Shown: positions 17,524 to 26,315 of the stretch, piece after piece
Position numbering within the stretch: position 1 is the stretch's first letter
Layout: each line of letters starts with the position of its first letter
Virus record (IMG/VR): IMGVR_UViG_3300045988_159115
Source: a virus
Strand: one strand, 5' to 3'
Length of the DNA: 64,000 nt
Notes under the pieces: model-generated
The model's input: the letters and a program-made list of their open reading frames with translations, nothing else
Told to the model about the DNA's origin: nothing
The model's database searches: none
Position numbers and translations under genes: made by a program

Positions 17524-17762
17524 CCGAGACCTAGATGGCCGTAGACGAACTGATAGTTTCTAAGCAAGAGTATTGATGAAACGATGGATGATTGTCCGAG
17601 ATCTATATGTTCGTAGACGATATGATTCTTGAAATTCACCAAAAGTAGACTTATATCGAATTGATACTGGAGATCTAAAATGTTCGTAGAAGGTATCTTG
17701 GAGATATAAGTTTACCAGCGAAGTGGGAGTACTGTCAGGAGATCTAGATGATCGTAGAATGA
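17524..17762. repeat. four ~26-bp imperfect direct repeats with 72/72/69-bp period (iteron-like)
   Basis: R1 at 17524 is CCGAGACCTAGATGGCCGTAGACGAA. R2 at 17596 is CCGAGATCTATATGTTCGTAGACGAT. R3 at 17668 is TGGAGATCTAAAATGTTCGTAGAAGG. R4 at 17737 is AGGAGATCTAGATGATCGTAGAATGA. They lie in a 557-bp ORF-free gap. Confidence 0.8.
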
Positions 17763-17927
17763 TTGCTGTCATTTCCCTGAATTTTAGAAGATACCGAGCT
17801 AAGATTCAGTGATTTCGGATTTATATTCTGCAAGTCGAATTAGTCTCCCTGGAATCACGGGAGTACCGGAATACAAAATAAAGTCCGAATATCAACCCAT
17901 CATCCTAACAAAGCGTTTAAAGTAAGT

Positions 17928-17967
17928 AAAATGCCCTATAGAGTTGAGATACTCTATAGGGCATTTT
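17928..17967. terminator. bidirectional terminator downstream of the 17975..19261 gene
   Basis: 16-bp stem AAAATGCCCTATAGAG / CTCTATAGGGCATTTT. A/T tracts are built into both ends. Confidence 0.75.
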
Positions 17968-17974
17968 CTAATGC

Positions 17975-19261
17975 TTATACGTCAAAAATAGCTTTCATGT
18001 CATCAACAGCGGACTCAGCCATCTGAAGCTGCTCGTTCTCATCAGAGCGATACTTAAACTTCGACATAGACTTCTCGAAATTATTGTCAATCGTGTCATC
18101 ATGACGATTATACACAACGAACTTCTCACGGGAAGAAACCACGTTCTTCAAAGTATCGTAGAAGCCACGATTCGCGCGAACCTCTTCCTTACAAACAGAG
18201 CTCAGCTTAGAATAGTAAGCATAATTTGTTCCCTTCGAAACAACTGCGCGTGCAGCAGGCTTAATATCGTCACTGAACTTATTGATCTCCTTCTCATAGT
18301 CGTCAATTGCGCTCTTGTACTGTGCGACCAGGTCCTTCGCCTTATCAAAGGCGTCATCAGACGGAGTCAGATAGCGAATAACACCAGAAGTTTCCTGATA
18401 CGCATTCACCATCTTAAGACGAGCTCGAGTAAGCTCGGTAATAGAAGAATTCATCTGACGAAGAAAGCCTTCATCTGTAGTACCACCAGTAACTGCACTC
18501 TTTGCAGTCTTCAGTGCGTTCATAACGTTCTTCTTCGCTTTATCAACGTTCTCCTTCTTCGGAGCAAGCTTTGACAGGATCTCCTTAACACCTTCCGAGT
18601 AATACTCCTCGTCAGTCATATAAGACTGAGTAGAGTATTCATTGAAAAATGCTTCGGTCTCATTCAGATCAGAAAGAAGATCATCGACGTATTCCTTTGC
18701 GAACAGAGGCTTCTTCGCAGGAGCAGCTGCCATATTATTCTCATATCGAGCAAGCTCCTTCTTACGGAACTTGATCTTATTCTTCAGCTCATCGGAATAC
18801 TGGATCAGTCGATTGATGTAGAAGTTCTTATCACCGTAGTTAATCTGGCCACCATTGAGACCCTTGCCTACGCTGTTCAGTCGCATGGACTCCTTCGTCC
18901 GATCAATAGCAGCTTTTCCAGTGAACGGAATAAAGTCCTTCAGAATAGGAATGAAAAGACCTGTGATATAGCTGCCGAATGTAGAAGCTTCACGCCACTC
19001 CTTCAGTGACGTATCAAGATCTTCCATAATCGCAACTGCCTTATCAAGATCTGCAGCTGCTGCCTTGAAATTCTTTGCTTTCACATCTTTCTTGTACTGC
19101 TTCACAAGAGCTTTTGCAGCACGAGTGCGATCGTGATATTCTTTATGTGCTTCCCAGTTTGCACCTTCTGTGGTAACTGTGAACATTGAAACTGCTTCAT
19201 CGTTAGACAGAAGTCCAGACTGAGCAGCTTCCATGATCACAAAATCAAGATTTGTTGCCAT
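17975..19261 (-). CDS. helical hypothetical protein, family member P4 (428 aa)
   Basis: Complete ORF with an AAAGGAG RBS. The N-terminus MATNLDFVIMEAAQSGLLSND is paralogous to that of the 16524 ORF. Confidence 0.85.
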   Translation of the reverse strand: MATNLDFVIMEAAQSGLLSNDEAVSMFTVTTEGANWEAHKEYHDRTRAAKALVKQYKKDVKAKNFKAAAADLDKAVAIMEDLDTSLKEWREASTFGSYITGLFIPILKDFIPFTGKAAIDRTKESMRLNSVGKGLNGGQINYGDKNFYINRLIQYSDELKNKIKFRKKELARYENNMAAAPAKKPLFAKEYVDDLLSDLNETEAFFNEYSTQSYMTDEEYYSEGVKEILSKLAPKKENVDKAKKNVMNALKTAKSAVTGGTTDEGFLRQMNSSITELTRARLKMVNAYQETSGVIRYLTPSDDAFDKAKDLVAQYKSAIDDYEKEINKFSDDIKPAARAVVSKGTNYAYYSKLSSVCKEEVRANRGFYDTLKNVVSSREKFVVYNRHDDTIDNNFEKSMSKFKYRSDENEQLQMAESAVDDMKAIFDV

Positions 19262-19275
19262 CTCTTTATACTCCT

Positions 19276-19569
19276 TTACTCATTATTATCAGAATCATCC
19301 ATAGGAGGAGGCTCTGTCTCATCACTGTTGGTACGTCCTTTCAGTGTCTTCGCCACAGTAATACCAGCACCAGTTGTGATAACCCACTTTGCAAAACCAA
19401 AAACTTCAGTTGTAAGCGTGCTATCAAGCTGAATCTGGCTACCAGTCTTCAGACCAACGAAGCCAAGAATGATGTCAATAATCGTATAGATGATGACCAA
19501 TGTGGAGCATAAGATCAGCATCATGTCACGAGTTTTAACCGTCTTCCTTTTCCCGTGTTTAGTGGTCAT
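19276..19569 (-). CDS. small membrane protein (97 aa, two predicted TM helices)
   Basis: ORF-track ORF 19276..19578. The ATG at 19569 follows AAAGGAG by 8 nt. Hydrophobic stretches are MMLILCSTLVIIYTIIDIILGFVGL and FGFAKWVITTGAGITVA. The C-terminus is acidic. Confidence 0.75.
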   Translation of the reverse strand: MTTKHGKRKTVKTRDMMLILCSTLVIIYTIIDIILGFVGLKTGSQIQLDSTLTTEVFGFAKWVITTGAGITVAKTLKGRTNSDETEPPPMDDSDNNE

Positions 19570-19718
19570 GCCTATCACTCCTTTCCATTAAACACTAGAG
19601 TTGACATTAAATACTTGTACTTAAGAGAAACCCTAGTGAATATAGCACCTGAAAACAATAGGGTAAGCGATTACGAGGAAACCCTACATTGAAAAAGAAA
19701 GGAGTGACGACTTCATAT

Positions 19719-21500
19719 ATGGCTCTCAAAATTGGTGACAAGGTAAGTACCTCTGCATCTGTTGATGTAAATGGTACTCACCTTGCTTCTTTTGTCAGAA
19801 ATAACGTGTATGAAATCATACATATTGGTGGTCAAAATTATCCAGATTCTCGAGTCGTCATTGGTAAAGATGGAAAAGAGATTGCTGCGGTTGATATCAA
19901 CACGCTAGTGTCTTTCCCAGAAAAGAGTCTGAAATCGACATATCCAGTTCCAACACCAATGCAAGTGCCAGCAAATCCGGAAGATGAGATTGATGCGCAG
20001 AGTTTTCTTGGCGATATGGTAAATGGAGCCAAGAATACCATCAGCAATATCAAAAACGGTGTGGATAAACTTCAAGATCAGGCTGGAAACTGGGTCGGTT
20101 CAAAAATAGACTCCTATGTCGGAACCGGTGCCGGTAAAGCTCTTGTGAACGGAGTTATGAATCTTGGTAAAAACTTACTATCAAGTGCACTCAGCAACCT
20201 ATTTGGATCTTTGAAATCGTGGATTACAAATGCCATCTTAGGTGATAGTCGAGTCATGTATCTTACGAGAAGATATAAGACAACACAGAATTCTGACTAT
20301 AAGTACACCTACACAGAAAAGCAGTCGGCTGACTACTATGCTGTCATGAATATGCTGAAGTACGGAGATCTCAAATATCAGCAAAGTTCAGTTACAATCA
20401 ATGCCCTCGACCGAAATGCTCCCAGCATTGTTCAGAATAAATATGGCTTCCCAAATAAGACTGCTAACCCTGATAGTACTCATTCTCTTTATCGCTATGA
20501 TTATTTCATGGATTATGAGAAGGAAAAACTTCTCGTAAATATGAATACAATCCGTCAGTCAGTCAACATCGACTTGATGGATCCGACAACGCTGTATCGT
20601 CAGTATACGAAGTACTATAATAAGTACAAGCAGCCGAACGGGAATGATGCCCTTTCAAAAACATTTGCGCATGTATTTTTCGTTCGCCCTGATTGCAATA
20701 TCTATGCTGAAGGATCAAATGGCGGTCTGTCATCTCCTGCATTATCGGATGATTTGAAGAATCTTTCTGAGTATTATTATGCTCTGAAGCATTGCCCAGA
20801 GATGCTGAGAGAACTGACGCAATCCAAAGCAGGATACAATCATCAGTTTGCATTGTACCTATCTAACAAGGCAAAATCCTTCCAGACAGCCGATGAGTAT
20901 ATTGATACTGACGCATATGGTCAGGCATTGACAGGTCATAAGGTTGCGTACGGCAAGAGTAATATCAAGAGTAAGACAGAAGGCAGTTTCCAGATCAAAT
21001 ATGTGGATGACCGAGATCTTCACATCTATCATCTCCACAAACTCTGGTCTGATTATGTGTCTCATGTTTACCGTGGTAAAGTAATGCCGAATGTCAACTA
21101 CATCAAAAATCGAATTATTGATTATGCGACGTGTGTGTATTACATCCTGACAGCAGAGGATGGAGAAACGATTATCTTTTGGTCGAAATATTACGGTGTA
21201 TTCCCGGTTACGATGCCGTCGTCTTCGTTTGCATACGATTCAGAGACACGACTTGCAAATCCTGAATACTCCGTTGAATACCGATTCTCATGGAAAGAAG
21301 ATTTTAATCCTCTCTCTTTGATCGAGTTCAATACTCATAGCCCCACAATGGGACAATGGAGATACGTCAATAAATTCCAGCCTGCTGTTTGTGGTACTGG
21401 TTACACATGGTCTGGCATTCCGTTCATTGAAACTTTCAATGGTGATGGTAAGAGAAATCTCCCATACACATTTAAACTTAGATTCCGTCCCATGAGATAA
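19719..21500 (+). CDS. virion structural protein with N-terminal SH3-like domain (593 aa)
   Basis: Start set at MALKIGDKV by analogy with its paralog. The N-terminal ~65 aa align with those of the 28149..29987 protein (…DVNGTHLASFVRNNVYEI…RVVIGKDGKEIAAVDINTL). It is followed by a large structural gene. Confidence 0.65.
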   Translation: MALKIGDKVSTSASVDVNGTHLASFVRNNVYEIIHIGGQNYPDSRVVIGKDGKEIAAVDINTLVSFPEKSLKSTYPVPTPMQVPANPEDEIDAQSFLGDMVNGAKNTISNIKNGVDKLQDQAGNWVGSKIDSYVGTGAGKALVNGVMNLGKNLLSSALSNLFGSLKSWITNAILGDSRVMYLTRRYKTTQNSDYKYTYTEKQSADYYAVMNMLKYGDLKYQQSSVTINALDRNAPSIVQNKYGFPNKTANPDSTHSLYRYDYFMDYEKEKLLVNMNTIRQSVNIDLMDPTTLYRQYTKYYNKYKQPNGNDALSKTFAHVFFVRPDCNIYAEGSNGGLSSPALSDDLKNLSEYYYALKHCPEMLRELTQSKAGYNHQFALYLSNKAKSFQTADEYIDTDAYGQALTGHKVAYGKSNIKSKTEGSFQIKYVDDRDLHIYHLHKLWSDYVSHVYRGKVMPNVNYIKNRIIDYATCVYYILTAEDGETIIFWSKYYGVFPVTMPSSSFAYDSETRLANPEYSVEYRFSWKEDFNPLSLIEFNTHSPTMGQWRYVNKFQPAVCGTGYTWSGIPFIETFNGDGKRNLPYTFKLRFRPMR

Positions 21501-21532
21501 TCTCTAATCTATTAGGAAAGGAGAAATGCTAA

Positions 21533-24500
21533 ATGGCTAAAGTAACTACAACGGATAAAATCGTTGTTGACCGTGACTATACGGACAGTTACTCCATTAA
21601 AGATACAGCACTGACTACTCTTGGTCAGAAATATTTCGGTGATATTCCGCTGTCAGCTCTGAATGTTGGCGAGCAAGGCTTCGTCATGGAGCAGATTGCA
21701 AATATCACTGAAGACGCAATGAATACAGCTTCAGTTCTTATCAACGAAGCTTTTCCGAATAAGGCAATTATCCCGGAATCCATCTATTCCCATGCCGCTA
21801 TTTTCCAGCTGGACAATTCTTTCGGATCCGCAGCAACTTGCACATTCGTTTTATTATTACAGCAGGAAGATATCCTCCTCTATGGTAGTCAGGATTCTTC
21901 AAACGGAACTGTAGTATTTACGATTGATAAGGATATGATTATCAATGTGGAAGATATTTCTTTCACTCTTGATTATGATGTCATTATCGAAGCAAAGAAA
22001 AAGAATATTGCGGGTACCTATCAATCAGAATATGTCTACAGTGCAAAGTACGACATGGCTGTTCCGAACTCAGTATCGACTGTTACGAATCCTTACCTGA
22101 AAATGCGTAAGGTGAATAACGGTCTTCTGATGTTGGAACTGACTGCACGACAGGTAACTCGCACAGAACTTCACGAGCAGATCATCACAAACACGAAGAT
22201 CAATTATCCGGTTCTGGACTTCGAATTTGACGATACCCTCGCTGGATTTGATATCTTCTACAAGGCGCCTACTGCATCCGATTATACAAGATTGGATAAG
22301 CTGGTAAAATTCTCTCTCCCTCTTAAAACACCTTTCTGCTATTATAGACTGAAAGATGAAAATATTCTGGAGATTTCTTTCTCTCCGAAAGATGGATACT
22401 TCCAGCCTGAGTTTAACTCAGATATCAAGGTGATCACCTATACAACAACTGGAGAAGAAGCAAACTTTGAAGAGTATACTGGTAGAAGTATCACTTTCCA
22501 GCCGTATTCGGAGAATTATGCATATAATTCTAAAATGATCATTGCTGGTAAAGCTGTATCTCCGGCTGCTGGTGGTGCTTCAAAGCTTTCCATTGATGCA
22601 CTGCAAGCTCTTACTGTGGAAGGATTCTCAACAGCAAATGAGCTTTCTACCGAAAACGATATTTCTACGTATTTCTACAACTATAAGTATCGATACGGTA
22701 ACGAGATTTTCGTCATTAAGCGTCGTGATGATATCATGGAACGACTCTTCTCAGCATTCCTTCTGATCAAGCGTGATGACTATATCTACCCAACAAATAC
22801 ACTCGGTGCAAACATCAACAGCTTTGAGTTTGATCGCTCTGAGAACGGTAATGTCTACACTCTGAACCCCGGTCATCTTTTCGTATATGAAGGCGACAGC
22901 AGAACTAGAGTGAGACTTCTTCCTGGCTATATGTCATATGATAAGACGATCACAGATCATCTCTACAAAGATCGGTATGAAACACCGAGCATTTGGTTTA
23001 GTGATCAGATTATCGTATTCGATAATAGCAAAAAAGAAGATCCGACTACTTGGAACACGACGTTTTTCGTTAAAAACCGAGAAGGTTATTGGCAGCATTA
23101 TGATGCTGATGGTAACATCATTGAGTATAATGAATATACCGATGCTGATATGGCTGCAAAGACTGAGCTTCTTGGTCTTAAAAAGAAGACTGTCTGCTAC
23201 CGTGAAGAAACCATCACAACCAAGCATTATGTAGATAATGAATCTGGTACGTATTATCTGTCTGATGGCAAGCATTATGATGCTGATGGTAATAAGATTG
23301 ATGGAGATCTTTCCACCGATACTCTTACTACAATGATCGAAAACGGGATGCTCGCCCTGTCCGTAGAATCACATCAGGTCTATTATGAGTCTGATACAAC
23401 CGGTAATAAAACTGGTGATTATATCGGATATGAAAAGCTGATGAAAGATATCAATATCTACAAGCTTTCTAATCTCGGTGAGTATTACGTCCAGGATCTT
23501 AACGGCTATTCTCGATACAATTGGTCTGGTGAAAAGCTGGAAACCCGTATCGACATGGAAGATTTGAAGCCTCTGATTCTCAGTGGTGGAGTTGAATTCA
23601 AGCAGGGTTATCAGTTCATCTACACAAACCCGTTCTTAATTTCCATGTCAAAGAGCCCAAATCTTGTCGGTCTTTACAAGAACATCCAGAATGAGATTGT
23701 GAGTCTGGATTACGTATCATCCAACGATAATCTTCTCTGTCAGTTCATTACTTCAAAACTGAAGCTGAATCGTAGACTGGAAGAGAATAGTCGATACGAG
23801 ATTTCTCTCAGCATTATTCCCTCCACAGTCTTGGATGGAGATTATGTCCACGAGTTCGGAAACTACAAGTCTGCTACTGGTATTCTGAACGACGTCCGTA
23901 TCTTTGCATCTTTCCTGAATGGTGACGAAGAGGTTGGATACATCGAACTGTATCCGTCCGAAGTGGATGCTTCGGATAAATCCATGGTAACATTTAGTGC
24001 AAAGATTATCACGAACGACTATATTACGACAGACAAGATGTTTGCAATTCTCAATCTTGTAAGTGCAGAAAGTGTTGACTACCACTACGTACCGATTGAA
24101 AATTGCTCTGTCAATATATACATCTGCTACCGTGATAATATCGGTGCAGTACAGCCTGGATTCTTTGATCTTTTCCGTCCGAAAAATGATAAGGGAGAGT
24201 CAGTTCCTGGTGGTGACATTGACCTTTACTCTCTGGCCAATGTATACTCTGCAAAAACAGAAGGTTTGACTTTCGTTGAACCTCTGAATATGATGCGTAG
24301 TAATGTGACCTTCTATACAGGTTCTCTCGATACAGAAGGAAATGAAAAGTGTACGATTGCTGCTATGTCTCTGCTTCCTATGGTGAAGGCAGACATGGTG
24401 AATAGCACAGACACATTCAATACCTTCATCAGCAAGGTTACAGATAACTATCGTTATCTTGAAGAGTGCTCACCTAGACTTCGTAACAACACAAACCTGG

Positions 24501-24931
24501 ATATCAAGTTCTATAACACTTATGGTCGTAGTAATAACTACTATATCGGCGACGAGCAAGAGCTCATTGACCGTGTTAATATTAGTATCAGTTACGACGT
24601 AAAGCTTGTAGACGGTACAACTGCTACAAATGTTATGGCTGAACTCCAGGCATTCATCAAAGCGTTTGTCGAAAAAGTCAATTCTACCGGTTCGAATGAC
24701 CTCTATATCTCAAATATGATTAAGGCGATCGAGAATAACTTCCCTGCCGTCCATCATCTGAGATTTACAGGAATCAATGATTACGACCCAAAGTATCAGA
24801 CAGTGTGCATGAAAGTAACTGATCTGAATGATCTTACCAAAGAAGAACTCCGGGAATACGTTCCCGAGGTTCTCGTTGTTGCACAGGATGATATCAAGCT
24901 CAACGTAGAGGTCGTAAAAACAATCAGTTAA
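21533..24931 (+). CDS. large virion structural protein, possible baseplate or tail component (1132 aa)
   Basis: Complete ORF with a GAAAGGAG RBS, in the same operon as the 19719 gene. Size and context suggest a tail or baseplate role. No enzymatic motif recognised. Confidence 0.6.
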   Translation: MAKVTTTDKIVVDRDYTDSYSIKDTALTTLGQKYFGDIPLSALNVGEQGFVMEQIANITEDAMNTASVLINEAFPNKAIIPESIYSHAAIFQLDNSFGSAATCTFVLLLQQEDILLYGSQDSSNGTVVFTIDKDMIINVEDISFTLDYDVIIEAKKKNIAGTYQSEYVYSAKYDMAVPNSVSTVTNPYLKMRKVNNGLLMLELTARQVTRTELHEQIITNTKINYPVLDFEFDDTLAGFDIFYKAPTASDYTRLDKLVKFSLPLKTPFCYYRLKDENILEISFSPKDGYFQPEFNSDIKVITYTTTGEEANFEEYTGRSITFQPYSENYAYNSKMIIAGKAVSPAAGGASKLSIDALQALTVEGFSTANELSTENDISTYFYNYKYRYGNEIFVIKRRDDIMERLFSAFLLIKRDDYIYPTNTLGANINSFEFDRSENGNVYTLNPGHLFVYEGDSRTRVRLLPGYMSYDKTITDHLYKDRYETPSIWFSDQIIVFDNSKKEDPTTWNTTFFVKNREGYWQHYDADGNIIEYNEYTDADMAAKTELLGLKKKTVCYREETITTKHYVDNESGTYYLSDGKHYDADGNKIDGDLSTDTLTTMIENGMLALSVESHQVYYESDTTGNKTGDYIGYEKLMKDINIYKLSNLGEYYVQDLNGYSRYNWSGEKLETRIDMEDLKPLILSGGVEFKQGYQFIYTNPFLISMSKSPNLVGLYKNIQNEIVSLDYVSSNDNLLCQFITSKLKLNRRLEENSRYEISLSIIPSTVLDGDYVHEFGNYKSATGILNDVRIFASFLNGDEEVGYIELYPSEVDASDKSMVTFSAKIITNDYITTDKMFAILNLVSAESVDYHYVPIENCSVNIYICYRDNIGAVQPGFFDLFRPKNDKGESVPGGDIDLYSLANVYSAKTEGLTFVEPLNMMRSNVTFYTGSLDTEGNEKCTIAAMSLLPMVKADMVNSTDTFNTFISKVTDNYRYLEECSPRLRNNTNLDIKFYNTYGRSNNYYIGDEQELIDRVNISISYDVKLVDGTTATNVMAELQAFIKAFVEKVNSTGSNDLYISNMIKAIENNFPAVHHLRFTGINDYDPKYQTVCMKVTDLNDLTKEELREYVPEVLVVAQDDIKLNVEVVKTIS

Positions 24932-24973
24932 GTTTTGAACTCAATACTCTAATAAGAAAGGTGGCTATGAATT

Positions 24974-25885
24974 ATGAAATCCGCAATTCAGTTCAAGCTG
25001 GAAACTGCTGGATTAGATGAGCGTGAAGCAAAAGTTCTCGATTTCATTCATGCCAAGAATAAAGCAAAGGATCGTATGGATCAAATGAGTGCATTTGAAA
25101 ACGATCCCGAGCATATGCGTCGCATGACACTGAAAGCTGCAGAAGACGGCAAGTCCGTTTGCATTGATACAGTCCTTGGTCAAATCTATAAGAACGCACT
25201 TCCTTACAACGATCCCGACAAGAACCTTTCTCCGTCGGACGCTGGTGCAGAAGTTCGCGATTTTATTGCCAAGCGCTGTGATAATAAGCCTACAGAATAC
25301 TACGTCCGTGAAGCTCTGAAGAAGAATAATTCTTCTGTGCTTCGTACGATCGTAACTGAGGCTGAAAACGCTGCTAAGCATGCAGTCACCATCAAGAAGA
25401 ATAACATTGGTCGTATTGATCCTGAGTCGATTCATTACGATCCCACAGCAAACGATACTGCTATCAAGAACATCAATGCAAAGATGAGCCTTGATGAAAT
25501 CAGTGATATCATCAAGAATAACGTCCAGACTACCATTGATGCAGAGAAGCAGAAGGTTGCTGACGAGGATCAGTATCGTCATGATATTGAAGATACTCTC
25601 GCTCAGGATAATAAGATCATGGACAATCAGACCATGCAGGATGCCGTGAACGAAGCTACAAACTACCGTTTCTCAGGTCGTCCGAAGGTATACCAGCCCT
25701 CTCTCTTCGAGGCTATTATGATGAATAAGGCCAATAAGATGCAGGGCTCCGATCCTCAGGATATCTTTACAGAGGCCGTTCATGAGTATACAAAGCTCGC
25801 AATGCTGAAGGCTCTGAAGCTGGAGAATTTCGATCTTCGCAACACTCGTGATATGACCTATAAGTATATCACTAACAAGGCTTAA
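24974..25885 (+). CDS. hypothetical protein (303 aa)
   Basis: Complete ORF with an AAGAAAGGTGG RBS. Helical and polar. Last gene of the plus-strand structural block. Confidence 0.8.
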   Translation: MKSAIQFKLETAGLDEREAKVLDFIHAKNKAKDRMDQMSAFENDPEHMRRMTLKAAEDGKSVCIDTVLGQIYKNALPYNDPDKNLSPSDAGAEVRDFIAKRCDNKPTEYYVREALKKNNSSVLRTIVTEAENAAKHAVTIKKNNIGRIDPESIHYDPTANDTAIKNINAKMSLDEISDIIKNNVQTTIDAEKQKVADEDQYRHDIEDTLAQDNKIMDNQTMQDAVNEATNYRFSGRPKVYQPSLFEAIMMNKANKMQGSDPQDIFTEAVHEYTKLAMLKALKLENFDLRNTRDMTYKYITNKA

Positions 25886-25932
25886 ATGATAGGCTAGAAG
25901 GAATATGAAAACCTTCTAGCCTATCATTTTTT
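25886..25932. terminator. bidirectional terminator between convergent genes
   Basis: 16-bp stem ATGATAGGCTAGAAGG / CCTTCTAGCCTATCAT followed by TTTTTT. Confidence 0.8.
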
Positions 25933-26209
25933 ATTTCAGTTGCTGTCTCACATATACCTTGTTATTGACATCCACCATATCAATCAAAGTATCAAAAGCG
26001 AGAATGGAACAACCTGCGGCTTCTGTAGCTAAAGCCCGAATTTCATCAGAGCTAATTGAATGCTCATCCGATTTATTTACAACGAGGTTCATGGAATCAA
26101 CCTCTGAGTACGAAATATCATTTTTGTTAAGAATCTCTTTAATGGTGCTTAGCATATTACCAGATATCTTCTTTACCTCAGATAATACGCTACTTGAATT
26201 ATTTGCCAT
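25931..26209 (-). CDS. small hypothetical protein (92 aa)
   Basis: Complete ORF. The RBS (AAAGGGG) is 14 nt from the ATG, so the start is less certain. Confidence 0.6.
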   Translation of the reverse strand: MANNSSSVLSEVKKISGNMLSTIKEILNKNDISYSEVDSMNLVVNKSDEHSISSDEIRALATEAAGCSILAFDTLIDMVDVNNKVYVRQQLK

Positions 26210-26315
26210 ATAATTGCGAAACCCCTTTCTACTCTAGAGTATCCAGCCTTAAATTTATGGTGATGTTTGAATATGCATTAAAACTCAATGCAATCCAAGC
26301 ATCACCATAAATTAT

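Noticed and set aside
17524-17762. Possible CRISPR-like mini-array: four repeats of ~26 bp with ~46-bp spacers.
   Set aside because: - The repeats are only about 65-75 percent identical to each other, whereas CRISPR repeats are near-identical.
- The spacers are longer than usual and share words with each other.
- No leader or cas genes are present.
- Iterons or protein-binding sites fit better.
17430-17772. Two overlapping 70-aa minus-strand track ORFs (17430..17642 and 17560..17772).
   Set aside because: They merely translate the iteron-like repeats. They have no RBS and lie between two terminators.
17896-17910. An exact 15-mer CCCATCATCCTAACA is shared between 17896..17910 and about 43484..43498.
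   Set aside because: In 64 kb, considering both strands, a few exact 15-mer coincidences are expected by chance (on the order of one to four). The flanks do not extend the match.
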